A DNA stretch of 64,000 bases, taken from assembly GCA_025916675.1 (NCBI GenBank), contig CP098402.1, forward strand, positions 55,205 to 119,204. The letters run 5' to 3'. Made by a program: the position numbers and the translations under genes. The DNA comes from Phycisphaera sp. GTDB taxonomy: Bacteria > Planctomycetota > Phycisphaerae > Phycisphaerales > UBA1924. Below are positions 17,386 through 26,662 of this stretch, piece after piece (the first letter of the stretch is position 1; each line of letters opens with the position of its first letter). The notes beneath the pieces were generated by a model. That model ran no database searches and was not told the DNA's origin. It saw only the letters and a list, made by a program, of their open reading frames with translations.

Positions 17386-19350
17386 ATGCCGCAGGGCAGA
17401 TTGACGCAATTAATCGCCGTGGTGGTGTGCCTTGCCTTGCTCGGCCTGTCCGGGCTGGTCTCGGCCGACCTCACGGCCTCGGCCGGCCGCCACAAGCTCA
17501 CCTACACCGAGCGCGCCGAAGAGGGCGACCCCCCGCAGGTGGCCCTGGGCATCGCGATGGGGGCCTTCCGCGGGCTGTTCGTGAACATCCTGTGGATCCG
17601 TGCCAACGAGCTCAAGGAAGAGGGCAAGTACTACGAGGCGGTCGACCTGGCGCGTGCGATCACGCGGTTGCAGCCGCGCTTCCCGCAGGTGTGGGCCTTC
17701 CACGCCTGGAACATGGCGTACAACATTTCGGTGACCACCAACACCGAGACCGAGCGGTGGAACTGGGTGAGCCAGGGCATCGACCTCTTGCGGATGGAGG
17801 GCGTCAAGCACAACCCGACGGACATGGTGGTGCACAAGGAGCTGGCGTGGCTGTTCCTGCACAAGGTGCAGGCCTTTGCCGACGACGCGCACTGGTATTA
17901 CAAGCTGCAACTGGCCGGCGAGTGGCACGAGCTCCTGGGCCCGCCGCCGATGCCCGACCCCGGCAACAACAAGCGTGAGGTCCGAATCGCGCTCTTCGAG
18001 GAGTGGCTGCAGCCCATCGTCGAAGCGCCCGAGACGCTGGATCGGGTCATCGAAGAGAATCCGAAGGTGGGCGAGCTCGTCGATCGACTGGCGGCGCTCG
18101 ACATCGATCCCACCGGGCAGCAGTTGCTCAAGACGACTACGCGGGTGCGCATGGCCCGGGCCTCGGCGGTGTGGCCCGAGCTGCGCGAATCGGGCGACCA
18201 GCGATTCCGCGACACGACCGAGTTGGTCCACGATCCCGAGTTCGCCGAGGCATTGGAGGACCTGCTGGCCTTCACGCGTCGCAAGGTGCTGATCGAGGAC
18301 TTTAACATGGAGCCGCGGCGGATGCTGCGGTACACCAGTACCTATGGCCCGCTCGACTGGCGCCACCCCGCGTCCCACGCGTTGTACTGGGGCCAGAAGG
18401 GCGTCGAGGGCGGCATGACCCGCATCGATGCGGTGAACCTGCAGGACTACGACTTCATCAACACCGATCGCCTCGTGGTCCAATCGATCCAGGAGCTCTG
18501 GCGCACCGGCGGCCTGTGGTTCGACTACAACGCCATGATGCTCAACCGTGGTGACCGGCGGCCGTTCTACCTTGGCATCCCCGATCCGGCGTACATCCCG
18601 GTGTACGGCGAGATCCTGCGGGACGTGATCGAGCGCAGCTACTACGACGGCGAGGAGCGGGCGTACAGCTCGTATTCGGCGGGCTACGAGAACATGATGA
18701 AGGACGCGATCCGGTTCATTTATCGGCGCGGCGATGTGGAACGTGCCAGGCAGATGAAGAACGAACTCGCGAACTTCGATATTGCCAACCTCAACGACCC
18801 GCGACGGGCGCAGTGGCTGGCGCAGGACATCGACCGGTTCGTGCGGGCCGAACTGGAGAACCGCTTGGGCTCGCCCTCGGTGGCGCTCCAGGAGATCGTG
18901 GGCTCGCTCAACGACGCGATCCTGACCGGCCTGATCGGCGGCGATGACGAGATCTTCGAGTCGAGCATCCAGTACGCCAAGGAGTACCACGCGGCCTATA
19001 CCGAGCAGCAGGTCCGCGAGAGCGCCGCTGGCACGGGACGCATGGAGTTCCTCGACCGCCGCTTCGACTTCGTGGTCGGGCAGGTGTTCGCCAACATCTT
19101 GCCGTTGCTCCAGATTGATCTTGCCCAGCGTGGCTATTACAACGCGCCGCCCGAGCTGCGAAAGTGGGCGTACGACCAGATGGTGATGCGATTCAAGCCG
19201 CTGTTCGACGACGAGGAGGGCAACGCGTTCGTCGATGGGCGCAGCTTCGACACGGTCTTCCCCGAGCCCGAGGGCATGCCGGCCTTCCGCGCGATGCTCG
19301 ACCGCGAGTTCGGCGAGCGCGGGCGGGACCTCGACCAGGAGCAGAAGTAG
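17386..19350 (+). CDS. Membrane-anchored helical-repeat hypothetical protein
   Basis: 654 aa. N-terminal TM/signal (LIAVVVCLALLGLSGLVSA). Trp/Tyr-rich helical body (FVNILWIRANELKEEGKYYEAVDLARAITRLQPRFPQVWAFHAWNMAYNISV). Last gene of the co-directional SPFH/ABC block. Confidence 0.6.
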   Translation: MPQGRLTQLIAVVVCLALLGLSGLVSADLTASAGRHKLTYTERAEEGDPPQVALGIAMGAFRGLFVNILWIRANELKEEGKYYEAVDLARAITRLQPRFPQVWAFHAWNMAYNISVTTNTETERWNWVSQGIDLLRMEGVKHNPTDMVVHKELAWLFLHKVQAFADDAHWYYKLQLAGEWHELLGPPPMPDPGNNKREVRIALFEEWLQPIVEAPETLDRVIEENPKVGELVDRLAALDIDPTGQQLLKTTTRVRMARASAVWPELRESGDQRFRDTTELVHDPEFAEALEDLLAFTRRKVLIEDFNMEPRRMLRYTSTYGPLDWRHPASHALYWGQKGVEGGMTRIDAVNLQDYDFINTDRLVVQSIQELWRTGGLWFDYNAMMLNRGDRRPFYLGIPDPAYIPVYGEILRDVIERSYYDGEERAYSSYSAGYENMMKDAIRFIYRRGDVERARQMKNELANFDIANLNDPRRAQWLAQDIDRFVRAELENRLGSPSVALQEIVGSLNDAILTGLIGGDDEIFESSIQYAKEYHAAYTEQQVRESAAGTGRMEFLDRRFDFVVGQVFANILPLLQIDLAQRGYYNAPPELRKWAYDQMVMRFKPLFDDEEGNAFVDGRSFDTVFPEPEGMPAFRAMLDREFGERGRDLDQEQK

Positions 19351-19354
19351 ATCG

Positions 19355-20323
19355 CTACTCGGTGAGCAGACGCAAGGCGGTCTCGTACCGCTCGGCGGTC
19401 TGGGCGATAACGCCCTGGGGCAGATCCGGCCCGGGGGCGCTCTTGTCCCATGCGCCCTTGCCGACGAGCTCGCTCAGGTACTCGCGCACGAATTGTTTGT
19501 CGAAGCTGGGCTGGGCGTGGCCCGGCTCGTACTGGTCGGCCGGCCAGAATCGCGAGCTATCGGGCGTGAGCGCCTCGTCGGCCAGCATCGGCTCGCGCGA
19601 GCCCTTGTCGTGGTCGAGGGGGAAGGCGAACTCGAACTTGGTGTCGGCCAGGATGATGCCGCGCTCGGCCGCGTGCCGGGTGGCGGCGGCGTAGATCGCC
19701 AGCGAGCGTTCCTTGAGATCGCCGACGAGGTCGGCGCCGAGCATCTTCGAGGCCTCAGCGACCGAGATGGGCTCGTCGTGCTCGGGCGGCTCGGCCTTGG
19801 TGCTGGGCGTGAAGATCGGCTCGGGCAGGCGGTCGCACTGCCTGAGACCATTGGGTAGCTCGACGCCGCTCACGGCGCCGCTGCTCTGGTAGTCCTTCCA
19901 CCCCGAGCCTTCGAGATACCCGCGCACGACGCACTCGAGCTTGATGATGTCGCCCCGCCTTGCGATGGTGGTGCGGCCGGCCAGGTCGGCCGGGCCGCTG
20001 GCGGGGTCGGTGGCGTCGGGCAGGTCGAAGGCCGAGGTGGGCAGGTCGGCCTGGTCGCTAATGAAGTGGGTGGGGCCCAGGCCCTTAGCTTCGAGCCATC
20101 GGAACCACCAGGACGACAGGGCCGTCAGCACGCGGCCCTTGCCGGGGATGGGCGTGGGCAGCACGACGTCGAAGGCCGAGAGCCGGTCGGTGGCAACGAT
20201 GGCCACGCGGCCGTCGCCCAGGTCGTAGACCTCCCGGACCTTGCCGCGGTGCAGCAGCGGGAGGGCGAGGCGGGTTTGGGCTATGGTGGCCCCCTTGGAC
20301 GGCTCGGCGCGTGGCATGGCCAT
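19355..20323 (-). CDS. purC: Phosphoribosylaminoimidazole-succinocarboxamide (SAICAR) synthase
   Basis: LLHRGKVREVYDLGDGRVAIVATDRLSAFDVVLPTPIPGKGRVLTALSSWWF and ILADTKFEFA motifs. Start placed at ATG 20323 (20317 is equally possible). The longer ORF extension overlaps the divergent gene. Confidence 0.85.
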   Translation of the reverse strand: MAMPRAEPSKGATIAQTRLALPLLHRGKVREVYDLGDGRVAIVATDRLSAFDVVLPTPIPGKGRVLTALSSWWFRWLEAKGLGPTHFISDQADLPTSAFDLPDATDPASGPADLAGRTTIARRGDIIKLECVVRGYLEGSGWKDYQSSGAVSGVELPNGLRQCDRLPEPIFTPSTKAEPPEHDEPISVAEASKMLGADLVGDLKERSLAIYAAATRHAAERGIILADTKFEFAFPLDHDKGSREPMLADEALTPDSSRFWPADQYEPGHAQPSFDKQFVREYLSELVGKGAWDKSAPGPDLPQGVIAQTAERYETALRLLTE

Positions 20324-20413
20324 ATGGTAGAGAGCGTGGCCCAAGGTGAGGCCCGAAGGCCGGTGTGGCCACTTCTTGGCCCAATGGTTGGCCCCTTGGA
20401 GAGACGCAGGCGG

Positions 20414-22060
20414 ATGCTGAAGTTCTTCGTGCATCGCGATGGTGGCCCGGCTGATGGCTGGCCGTTGGCCCACGCGGGCATCGTCGCGGCCGACGGGGCG
20501 ACGGCCCCAGGCGAGGTCCGCATCGAGCACGGCGTCCTGACCGTGGCGCCCACGAACACTGGTCCTGTGTCGCTCGAGGTGCTGTTTCCGTTAGGCCAGG
20601 GCGAGATTGGCCCGAGGCCCGAGCGAGAAGTGCTGCTGACGACGACACTGCTGCCCCAGCGGGAGTGGCCCTACCTGCTCTCGCTCGAGCTCGCCCGCAA
20701 GCAACTCATGCGGTTCCTTAATGCGCTGGAAGAATGGAACCTGGCCATGCTGCCGGCCGACCATCCGGCGCTGGTGACGTTCGAGCGGGCCCGGGAAGAC
20801 TTCTCGGCGGCCCTGGTGTCGTGGCGGAGCGTGCAGAAAGAAGGCCTGGAGGCCGACGACCCGGACATCGTCGCGGCGGAGGAGAAGTCGCGCCGTGCGC
20901 TGCGGGACGCGGCCGAAGCCAGCGAGTTGCTGGTGGTCCAGGCGGTCGCCGAAGGGTTGGCCGCGCGGGCCGACGGCTCGTGGTTCAGCGATGCCATGGA
21001 GCGGGCCGAGCGGTCCATCGGCCGGCCCGCGGGCAAGCCCGTGGCGGTGGTCAAGGCGCCCGAGGCCCACGGCGTGACGCTGGCGGGCGTGGCCCGCGTG
21101 GGGTGCGCGGTCGATCCGAACGGCTTCGAGCCTCCAGCGCAGGCGGCGCTGGTCAAGGCGGCCGATTTCATCACCGTGCCCATGCCCTGGTCGTCCATCG
21201 AGCCGGCCGAGGGCAAGTACCAGTATGCCGCGACCGATCGGTGGATCGAGTGGGCCGTGCGCAAGGGCAAGCTGCCCGTGGTGGCCGGCCCGGTACTCGA
21301 CCTGGGGCCTGGCAAGCTACCCGAGTGGCTGTTCATCTGGGAGAACGACTACGACACGCTGCGTGAGCTGGTGTACGAGCACGTGCGGCAGGTGGTCACG
21401 CGGTACCGCCGGACCGTGCAGTGGTGGACGCTCGCGTCGTCGCTGGGCGTGGAGGGCGCGCTGTCGCTGCGGTTCGAGCAGATCGCCGACCTGCTGCGGG
21501 TGGCCTCGATGGTGACACGCAAGCTCCAGCCCCAGGGCCGGGTGCAGGTGGAGGTGGTCGACCCATTCGCGCTGTACGCGGCTCGTTCGCAGCGATCGGT
21601 GCCGCCATTACTTCTGGCCGAGTTGATCGCCCAGAGCGGCACGCATGTGGACGCCATCGGTTTGCGTGTCGACCTGACCGACGCGAGCACCGCCGCGGCC
21701 GTGCGCGACGCGATGGCGTTCTCGGAGGTGCTCGACCGCTATGCGGCACTCGACCGGCCGATCTCGGTGACGTTTGCCGCCTGCCCCTCGAAGCCCACCG
21801 GGACCGAGGACGAGAGCGGCGCGTGGGACGGCGCGTGGTCTGCCCAGGTGCAGGCCGATTGGATCACCCGCACGATGGCGGTGGCGGCGGCCAAGCCCTA
21901 CGTCCATTCGGTGTGCTGGGGGCTCGCGCAAGACACCGCGAGGACCGTTGGCGGTACCGGGCTCGTCGACGCGGGCGGGACACCCAGGCCCGGGCTGGCG
22001 GCGATGGCTGGCTTGAGGCAGGCCGTGCGCTCGGGCGTGCAGGGTGGAGGCCAAGGGTGA
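20414..22060 (+). CDS. Hypothetical protein with C-terminal glycoside-hydrolase-like (GH10-like TIM barrel) region
   Basis: Start ATG 20414 (MLKFFVHRDGG). The C-terminal half has a GH10-reminiscent pattern (VPMPWSSIEPAEGKYQYAATDRWIEWAVRKGK, LPEWLFIWENDYD, THVDAIGLRVDL). Family assignment is weak. Confidence 0.5.
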   Translation: MLKFFVHRDGGPADGWPLAHAGIVAADGATAPGEVRIEHGVLTVAPTNTGPVSLEVLFPLGQGEIGPRPEREVLLTTTLLPQREWPYLLSLELARKQLMRFLNALEEWNLAMLPADHPALVTFERAREDFSAALVSWRSVQKEGLEADDPDIVAAEEKSRRALRDAAEASELLVVQAVAEGLAARADGSWFSDAMERAERSIGRPAGKPVAVVKAPEAHGVTLAGVARVGCAVDPNGFEPPAQAALVKAADFITVPMPWSSIEPAEGKYQYAATDRWIEWAVRKGKLPVVAGPVLDLGPGKLPEWLFIWENDYDTLRELVYEHVRQVVTRYRRTVQWWTLASSLGVEGALSLRFEQIADLLRVASMVTRKLQPQGRVQVEVVDPFALYAARSQRSVPPLLLAELIAQSGTHVDAIGLRVDLTDASTAAAVRDAMAFSEVLDRYAALDRPISVTFAACPSKPTGTEDESGAWDGAWSAQVQADWITRTMAVAAAKPYVHSVCWGLAQDTARTVGGTGLVDAGGTPRPGLAAMAGLRQAVRSGVQGGGQG

Positions 22061-22530
22061 ACGCGAGCGGGCCATCTCCGCAGAGCTCGCGGTGGGTGGC
22101 GGCGCTCCTGATCTCCGGCGTCGGCCTGGCCGGCGTTGGCTACAGCCTGGCGACCACGCCCACACCCGCGCCGCAGCCGGTGGTATTCGTGCCCCAGCAG
22201 GTCGAGCCGCGTGCCGGCACGCCCACGAGCGGTGCGGCCGATCCGATACAACCCGCGCCGATAGGCCAAGTGCAGGACACCTTGCCGCGGCCCGGCGTTG
22301 AACACGCCCCCGTGCCCAAGCTGGAAGCGGGCATGGCCCTCGACATCAACACCGCGAGCGCCGAGCAGTTGCAACTGCTGCCGGGCATCGGGCCTTCGCG
22401 GGCGGCGGCGATCGTCGAGGATCGTGCCAGCCGGGGGCCATTCCGCACGATCGAAGACCTCGCGCGCGTGAGCGGCATCGGTCCGGTGACGGTCGAGAAT
22501 GTCCGCCCGTATGTGCGGATCGCGCCCTAA
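22057..22530 (+). CDS. comEA: ComEA-family helix-hairpin-helix DNA-binding protein
   Basis: GTG 22057 overlaps the upstream stop (GTGA). N-terminal TM (WVAALLISGVGLAGVGY). C-terminal tandem HhH (LDINTASAEQLQLLPGIGPSRAAAIVEDRASRGPFRTIEDLARVSGIGPVTVENVRPYV). Confidence 0.75.
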   Translation: MNASGPSPQSSRWVAALLISGVGLAGVGYSLATTPTPAPQPVVFVPQQVEPRAGTPTSGAADPIQPAPIGQVQDTLPRPGVEHAPVPKLEAGMALDINTASAEQLQLLPGIGPSRAAAIVEDRASRGPFRTIEDLARVSGIGPVTVENVRPYVRIAP

Positions 22531-22542
22531 CATCACCCGCGC

Positions 22543-25500
22543 TTGCACGAGTTGCTCGCAGAATTCGGCGGCCTTAGCGACCTTGCCCACACCATGGACG
22601 GCAAGGGCCGGCCACGCGTGCGCGGCGCGATCGGGGCCTCGCCCTCGTTCACCACGGCGGCTTTGGCCCAGAAGCTCGAGCGGCCGGCCGTGCTCATCCA
22701 CGCCCATGTCGAGGATGCCCAACACGCCGCCGACGAGTTGGAGTGCCTTGGGTTGGCCGTTGTCGAGCTGCCGGCGATCGAGGCCGGGCCGGGCGGGGCG
22801 TCGGCCCGGGCATTGGCGGGCCGCGTGGCGGCGGTGCGGCGTGTTCGCGAGCTTGGTGAGAAGGGCAAGCCCTTCGTCGCCGTGGGTTCCATCCACGCGT
22901 GGATGCAGCCCGCGCCACCGGCCGAAGCGCTCGAGGCGCTCAGCAAGGCGGTGAAACGCGGTGATCGCGTCGATCCGGGCGAGTTGGTCCGATGGTTGAG
23001 CGAAGCGGGCTACGAGCGGGTCGACGCGGTCGACGAGCCGGGGCAATTCGCCCAGCGCGGCGGCATCGTCGATGTCTTCCCCGCCGCGCCCGGAACCGAC
23101 CAGGACGCGTCCGTTCCGGTGCGTCTGGACTTCTTCGGCGACGAGGTCGACCGCATCGCCGAGATCGACGTGCAGAGCCTGGCCAGCGTCTCGGCGATGG
23201 ACGCTGTTGACTTACCCGCAGCTATCGAGGGCGGGGTGGAGCAGGGCGAGGGCGTGTGCTTTATCGAGCACTGCCCCGCCAACGCGTTCGGCGTGCTGGT
23301 CGAGACGCTGGAGGTCAGCGAACAGGGCCGCGGGTATTACGAGCGGGTGAAGGCCGAGTCGGGAGTGATCGCGCACACCACCGTGGTCAAGCTCGCGCAA
23401 GAGCGGCTGCACGCGTTCGCCGAGGTGAACCAGTATTCGAGCACGGGCGATGCGGACGAGATTTTGCTTCCGGTCGAGCGGCCGCCGGATTTCAAGGCAG
23501 CCGGCGCCGAGAGCGCGACGGAGGTTGTCGCGGCCGCGGGGAAGTGGGCCACCGAAGCGAAGGCGCGGGTTCTGGTGCCGTGCGCCACACCGGGCGAGCT
23601 GAGCCGCCTGGGCGAGCTGATGGAAGAGGCGGGGGTCACGAATCTGGAGCCTTGGCACGCGGCGATCGCGCACGGGTTCGTGTGGCGTCAGAAGGGCACC
23701 ATCGCCGTACTGCCGCTGCACGAGATGCTGGGACGCGCACCCGTTCGGCGCCGACACGCACGGCTCAAGGGCGCACGCACCGTTGATGCGTTTCTGGACT
23801 TCGCGCCCGGCGATCACGTCGTCCACGCCGACCACGGCATCGCACGGTTCCTTGGCCTGAACCTGATGGAAATCGACGGCGCGGGCCGGAGCACGGACGT
23901 TTCCAAGGCCGCCAAGGGCAAGAAGAAGAAGCCCAACGACTTCAACATCGAGGAATTCCTGACCCTCGAATTCAAGGACCGCGCCCGGCTGCACGTTCCG
24001 GCCACACAGGTGGATCTGGTGCAGAAGTACGTGGGCGGGTTCAGTGGTACGCCGCCGCTCAGCCAGCTGGGTGGGGCGCGGTGGAAAACCCAGAAGCAGA
24101 AAGTCGCTGAGTCGGTCAAGGACCTGGCCGGCGAGTTGCTCCGAGTGCGGGCCGCGCGTGAGGCCAGCCCGGGCATCGCCTACCCCGCCGACACGACGTG
24201 GCAGAAGGAGTTCGAGGCCGAGTTTCCGTATCAGGAAACCGACGACCAGCTCGCGGGCATGGCCGCCATCAAGCGGGACATGGCCAACCCCCGCCCGATG
24301 GACCGGCTCATCTGCGGCGATGTTGGCTTTGGCAAGACCGAGCTGGCCGTACGCGCGGCGTTCAAGGCGGCCGAGTTCGGCAAGCAGGTGGCGGTGCTGG
24401 TTCCGACCACGGTGCTGGCCGAGCAGCACGAGCGGACGTTCCGCGAGCGCTTCGCGGCGTACCCATTCCGCGTCGAGTCGATCTCACGCTACAAGACGAC
24501 CAAGGAGGCCAACAGCACGCTCAAGTCGTTGCGCCAGGGTGAGGTCGACGTCATCATCGGCACGCACCGGCTGCTGAGCAAGGACGTGCGGTTTGCCGAC
24601 CTTGGCCTGGTCGTCATCGACGAGGAGCAACGCTTCGGCGTCGAGCACAAGGAGCAGTTGCTCAGGCTCAGGACCGAAGCCGACGTGCTGACGCTGAGCG
24701 CCACGCCCATCCCGCGCACGCTGCACATGGCGATGCTGGGGCTGCGCGATATCTCGAGCCTCACCACGCCCCCGGCCGAGCGGCAGAGCGTGGTGACCGA
24801 GGTCATGCCGTTCGATCGCACGCGCATCGAGCAGGCGATCGCCCGCGAGCTGGCGCGCGAGGGCCAGGTCTTCTTCGTGCATAATCGCGTGAAGGACATC
24901 AAGGCCAGGGCGGCCGAGGTGCAGGGGCTGGCACCCGAGGCGAACATCGTCATCGGTCACGGCCAGATGCCCGGCGGCCAGCTCGAGGAGGTCATGCTCA
25001 AGTTCGTGCGCCGCGAGGCGGACATCCTGGTGAGCACGACCATCATCGAGAGCGGCATCGACCAGCCCAGCGCCAACACGATGGTCATCGCCGACGCGGA
25101 CAATTTTGGTCTGGCCGACCTCCACCAGCTCCGCGGCCGCGTCGGGCGTTCGAGCCGGCGGGCGTATTGCTACTTGCTCTTGCCCGAGGACGGCATCCTG
25201 AGCGCCGTGGCCAAGAAGCGCCTGGCGGCCGTCGAGCAATACGCCATGCTCGGAGCGGGCTTCAAGATCGCCATGCGCGACCTGGAGATCCGCGGCGCGG
25301 GCAATCTTCTCGGCTCAGAACAGTCGGGGCATATCGCGGTGGTGGGGTACGACATGTACTGCCGCCTGCTCGAGCAGGCCGTGCAGGAGATGGGCGGCCA
25401 CCGGGTGGTCACGCACAGCCGCATCGCGCTCGATGTTGGCCTAAAGGGCTACATCCCCGCCAGCTACATCCCCGGCGACGTGCGGCGGATGGCCGCCTAC

Positions 25501-25920
25501 CGACGCATGTCGCTCGCGTCGAGTATGGAAGAAGTGACCGCCGTGCGTGACGACCTGGCCGAGGCGTTCGGCAAGCCGCCGGGGCAGGTCGAGCGGTTGC
25601 TGAGCCTCGCCGAGCTGCGCGTGGCGCTGGCCAAGGCCGGCGTCAGCAGCGCCGCCGTGCGCGGGGCCGACGTGATCCTGTTCGCGGCCGACCCCCGCCC
25701 GGTGCTGGACAAGCTCGAGGGCATCGCCGGCTCGCTCACGAGCCTCACGCCTAGCAGCGGCGGGGCCAAGCGCCGCGATGGCGACACGCTGAGGCCCCTG
25801 CACGAGATCTACTGGCGCCCACCCGAGGCATACCGGCAGGGGCCGACGCTGGTGGACGTGCTGTGCAAGAGGCTGATGGGCGAGGCCGAGCCTACCGCCG
25901 CCGGCGCGTCGCGAGGGTGA
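22543..25920 (+). CDS. mfd: Transcription-repair coupling factor
   Basis: 1125 aa. CarD/RNAP-interacting-like segment (GDHVVHADHGIARFLGL), helicase motifs GDVGFGKTE, VIDEEQRFGV, TLSATPIPRTL, HGQM…, QLRGRVGRS. TRCF C-terminal domain. Confidence 0.92.
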   Translation: MHELLAEFGGLSDLAHTMDGKGRPRVRGAIGASPSFTTAALAQKLERPAVLIHAHVEDAQHAADELECLGLAVVELPAIEAGPGGASARALAGRVAAVRRVRELGEKGKPFVAVGSIHAWMQPAPPAEALEALSKAVKRGDRVDPGELVRWLSEAGYERVDAVDEPGQFAQRGGIVDVFPAAPGTDQDASVPVRLDFFGDEVDRIAEIDVQSLASVSAMDAVDLPAAIEGGVEQGEGVCFIEHCPANAFGVLVETLEVSEQGRGYYERVKAESGVIAHTTVVKLAQERLHAFAEVNQYSSTGDADEILLPVERPPDFKAAGAESATEVVAAAGKWATEAKARVLVPCATPGELSRLGELMEEAGVTNLEPWHAAIAHGFVWRQKGTIAVLPLHEMLGRAPVRRRHARLKGARTVDAFLDFAPGDHVVHADHGIARFLGLNLMEIDGAGRSTDVSKAAKGKKKKPNDFNIEEFLTLEFKDRARLHVPATQVDLVQKYVGGFSGTPPLSQLGGARWKTQKQKVAESVKDLAGELLRVRAAREASPGIAYPADTTWQKEFEAEFPYQETDDQLAGMAAIKRDMANPRPMDRLICGDVGFGKTELAVRAAFKAAEFGKQVAVLVPTTVLAEQHERTFRERFAAYPFRVESISRYKTTKEANSTLKSLRQGEVDVIIGTHRLLSKDVRFADLGLVVIDEEQRFGVEHKEQLLRLRTEADVLTLSATPIPRTLHMAMLGLRDISSLTTPPAERQSVVTEVMPFDRTRIEQAIARELAREGQVFFVHNRVKDIKARAAEVQGLAPEANIVIGHGQMPGGQLEEVMLKFVRREADILVSTTIIESGIDQPSANTMVIADADNFGLADLHQLRGRVGRSSRRAYCYLLLPEDGILSAVAKKRLAAVEQYAMLGAGFKIAMRDLEIRGAGNLLGSEQSGHIAVVGYDMYCRLLEQAVQEMGGHRVVTHSRIALDVGLKGYIPASYIPGDVRRMAAYRRMSLASSMEEVTAVRDDLAEAFGKPPGQVERLLSLAELRVALAKAGVSSAAVRGADVILFAADPRPVLDKLEGIAGSLTSLTPSSGGAKRRDGDTLRPLHEIYWRPPEAYRQGPTLVDVLCKRLMGEAEPTAAGASRG

Positions 25921-26470
25921 AGCCGGCAAGCAATGCAAACGCGCCGGCCGGCGCAGGGATGATAATCTGTGCTGCACCCTCTTGCAATCCAACCAAGCGG
26001 CTCACACTGAGCGAGCTATCCATCGACACGTAGGAGTCGAACTTCGTTGTCACGCTCTCGATGTCCAGGATCACCGGCCCGCTCGGTACGTCGTCGACCG
26101 TGAAGTCGACCTCCCAGAACGCGATCGGGTTGGTCGGGTCGGCGTAGATCCCCGCCGTGGGAAAGTTGAGCTGGCCGGCGATGATGCCATCGATGCCACC
26201 GGCGGCCAGCACGCCCGGCACCGTGCCCGGCCCGTCCATAGGGGCCACCAGCCGAAGGTTGTCGAAGGTGCCCTGGGCCTCGTTGATCTGGACGCTGGTG
26301 GCGATGCCCGCGACGGCGTAATCGCCGGATGGGTAGCTGGCGCTCATGGTGATGGTGACAGTCTCGCCGGGCAGGGTGCCGGGGCCATCAATGTCGAAGT
26401 GGATGGCCTGGGCTGCCGCCGCGGTGGGCAAGGCGGCGATCGCGAGGATGGTGGCGGCGGCACGGGTCAT
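25892..26470 (-). CDS. Secreted protein with PEP-CTERM-like C-terminal anchor (tandem paralog A)
   Basis: Start ATG 26470 preceded by AAGAGGAG. Signal peptide MTRAAATILAIAALPTAAAAQA. C-terminus IIIPAPAGAFALLAGFTLATRRRR (hydrophobic helix plus Arg cluster). The 3' end overlaps the mfd stop by 29 nt (convergent). Confidence 0.65.
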   Translation of the reverse strand: MTRAAATILAIAALPTAAAAQAIHFDIDGPGTLPGETVTITMSASYPSGDYAVAGIATSVQINEAQGTFDNLRLVAPMDGPGTVPGVLAAGGIDGIIAGQLNFPTAGIYADPTNPIAFWEVDFTVDDVPSGPVILDIESVTTKFDSYVSMDSSLSVSRLVGLQEGAAQIIIPAPAGAFALLAGFTLATRRRR

Positions 26471-26597
26471 GATCTCTACTCCTCTTAGTGCTATGCAACG
26501 GGTCAGCCACACCCAATATACCAGAGATCGGATCCTGCGCGCCACCTTTTCATGGGTCGATTCCACCCGCTGGCTGCTATGCCAGCCGCCACCGATC

Positions 26598-26635
26598 ATA
26601 AAAATAGCCAGCATCCGCATGGTTCGGATGCTGGC
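26598..26635 (-). terminator. Rho-independent terminator of paralog B
   Basis: Arms GCCAGCATCCG (26607-26617) / CGGATGCTGGC (26625-26635). On the minus strand the hairpin is followed by TATTTTTAT. Confidence 0.55.
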
Positions 26636-26662
26636 CGATGCTGTGCTGCTGTCACGGCTGGA

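Noticed and set aside
17410-18990. 526-aa minus-strand ORF antisense to the 17386..19350 gene.
   Set aside because: Composition is dominated by Arg/Val/Leu/His/Asp/Gly from antisense codons. The + frame has a signal/TM segment and coherent helical-repeat sequence with GC3 bias.
21421-22056. N-terminal 212 codons of ORF 21421..22530 as part of ComEA.
   Set aside because: This portion overlaps the 20414..22060 gene in another frame and is Arg/Gly/Ala low complexity. A GTG at 22057 overlapping the upstream stop gives a normal TM + HhH ComEA.
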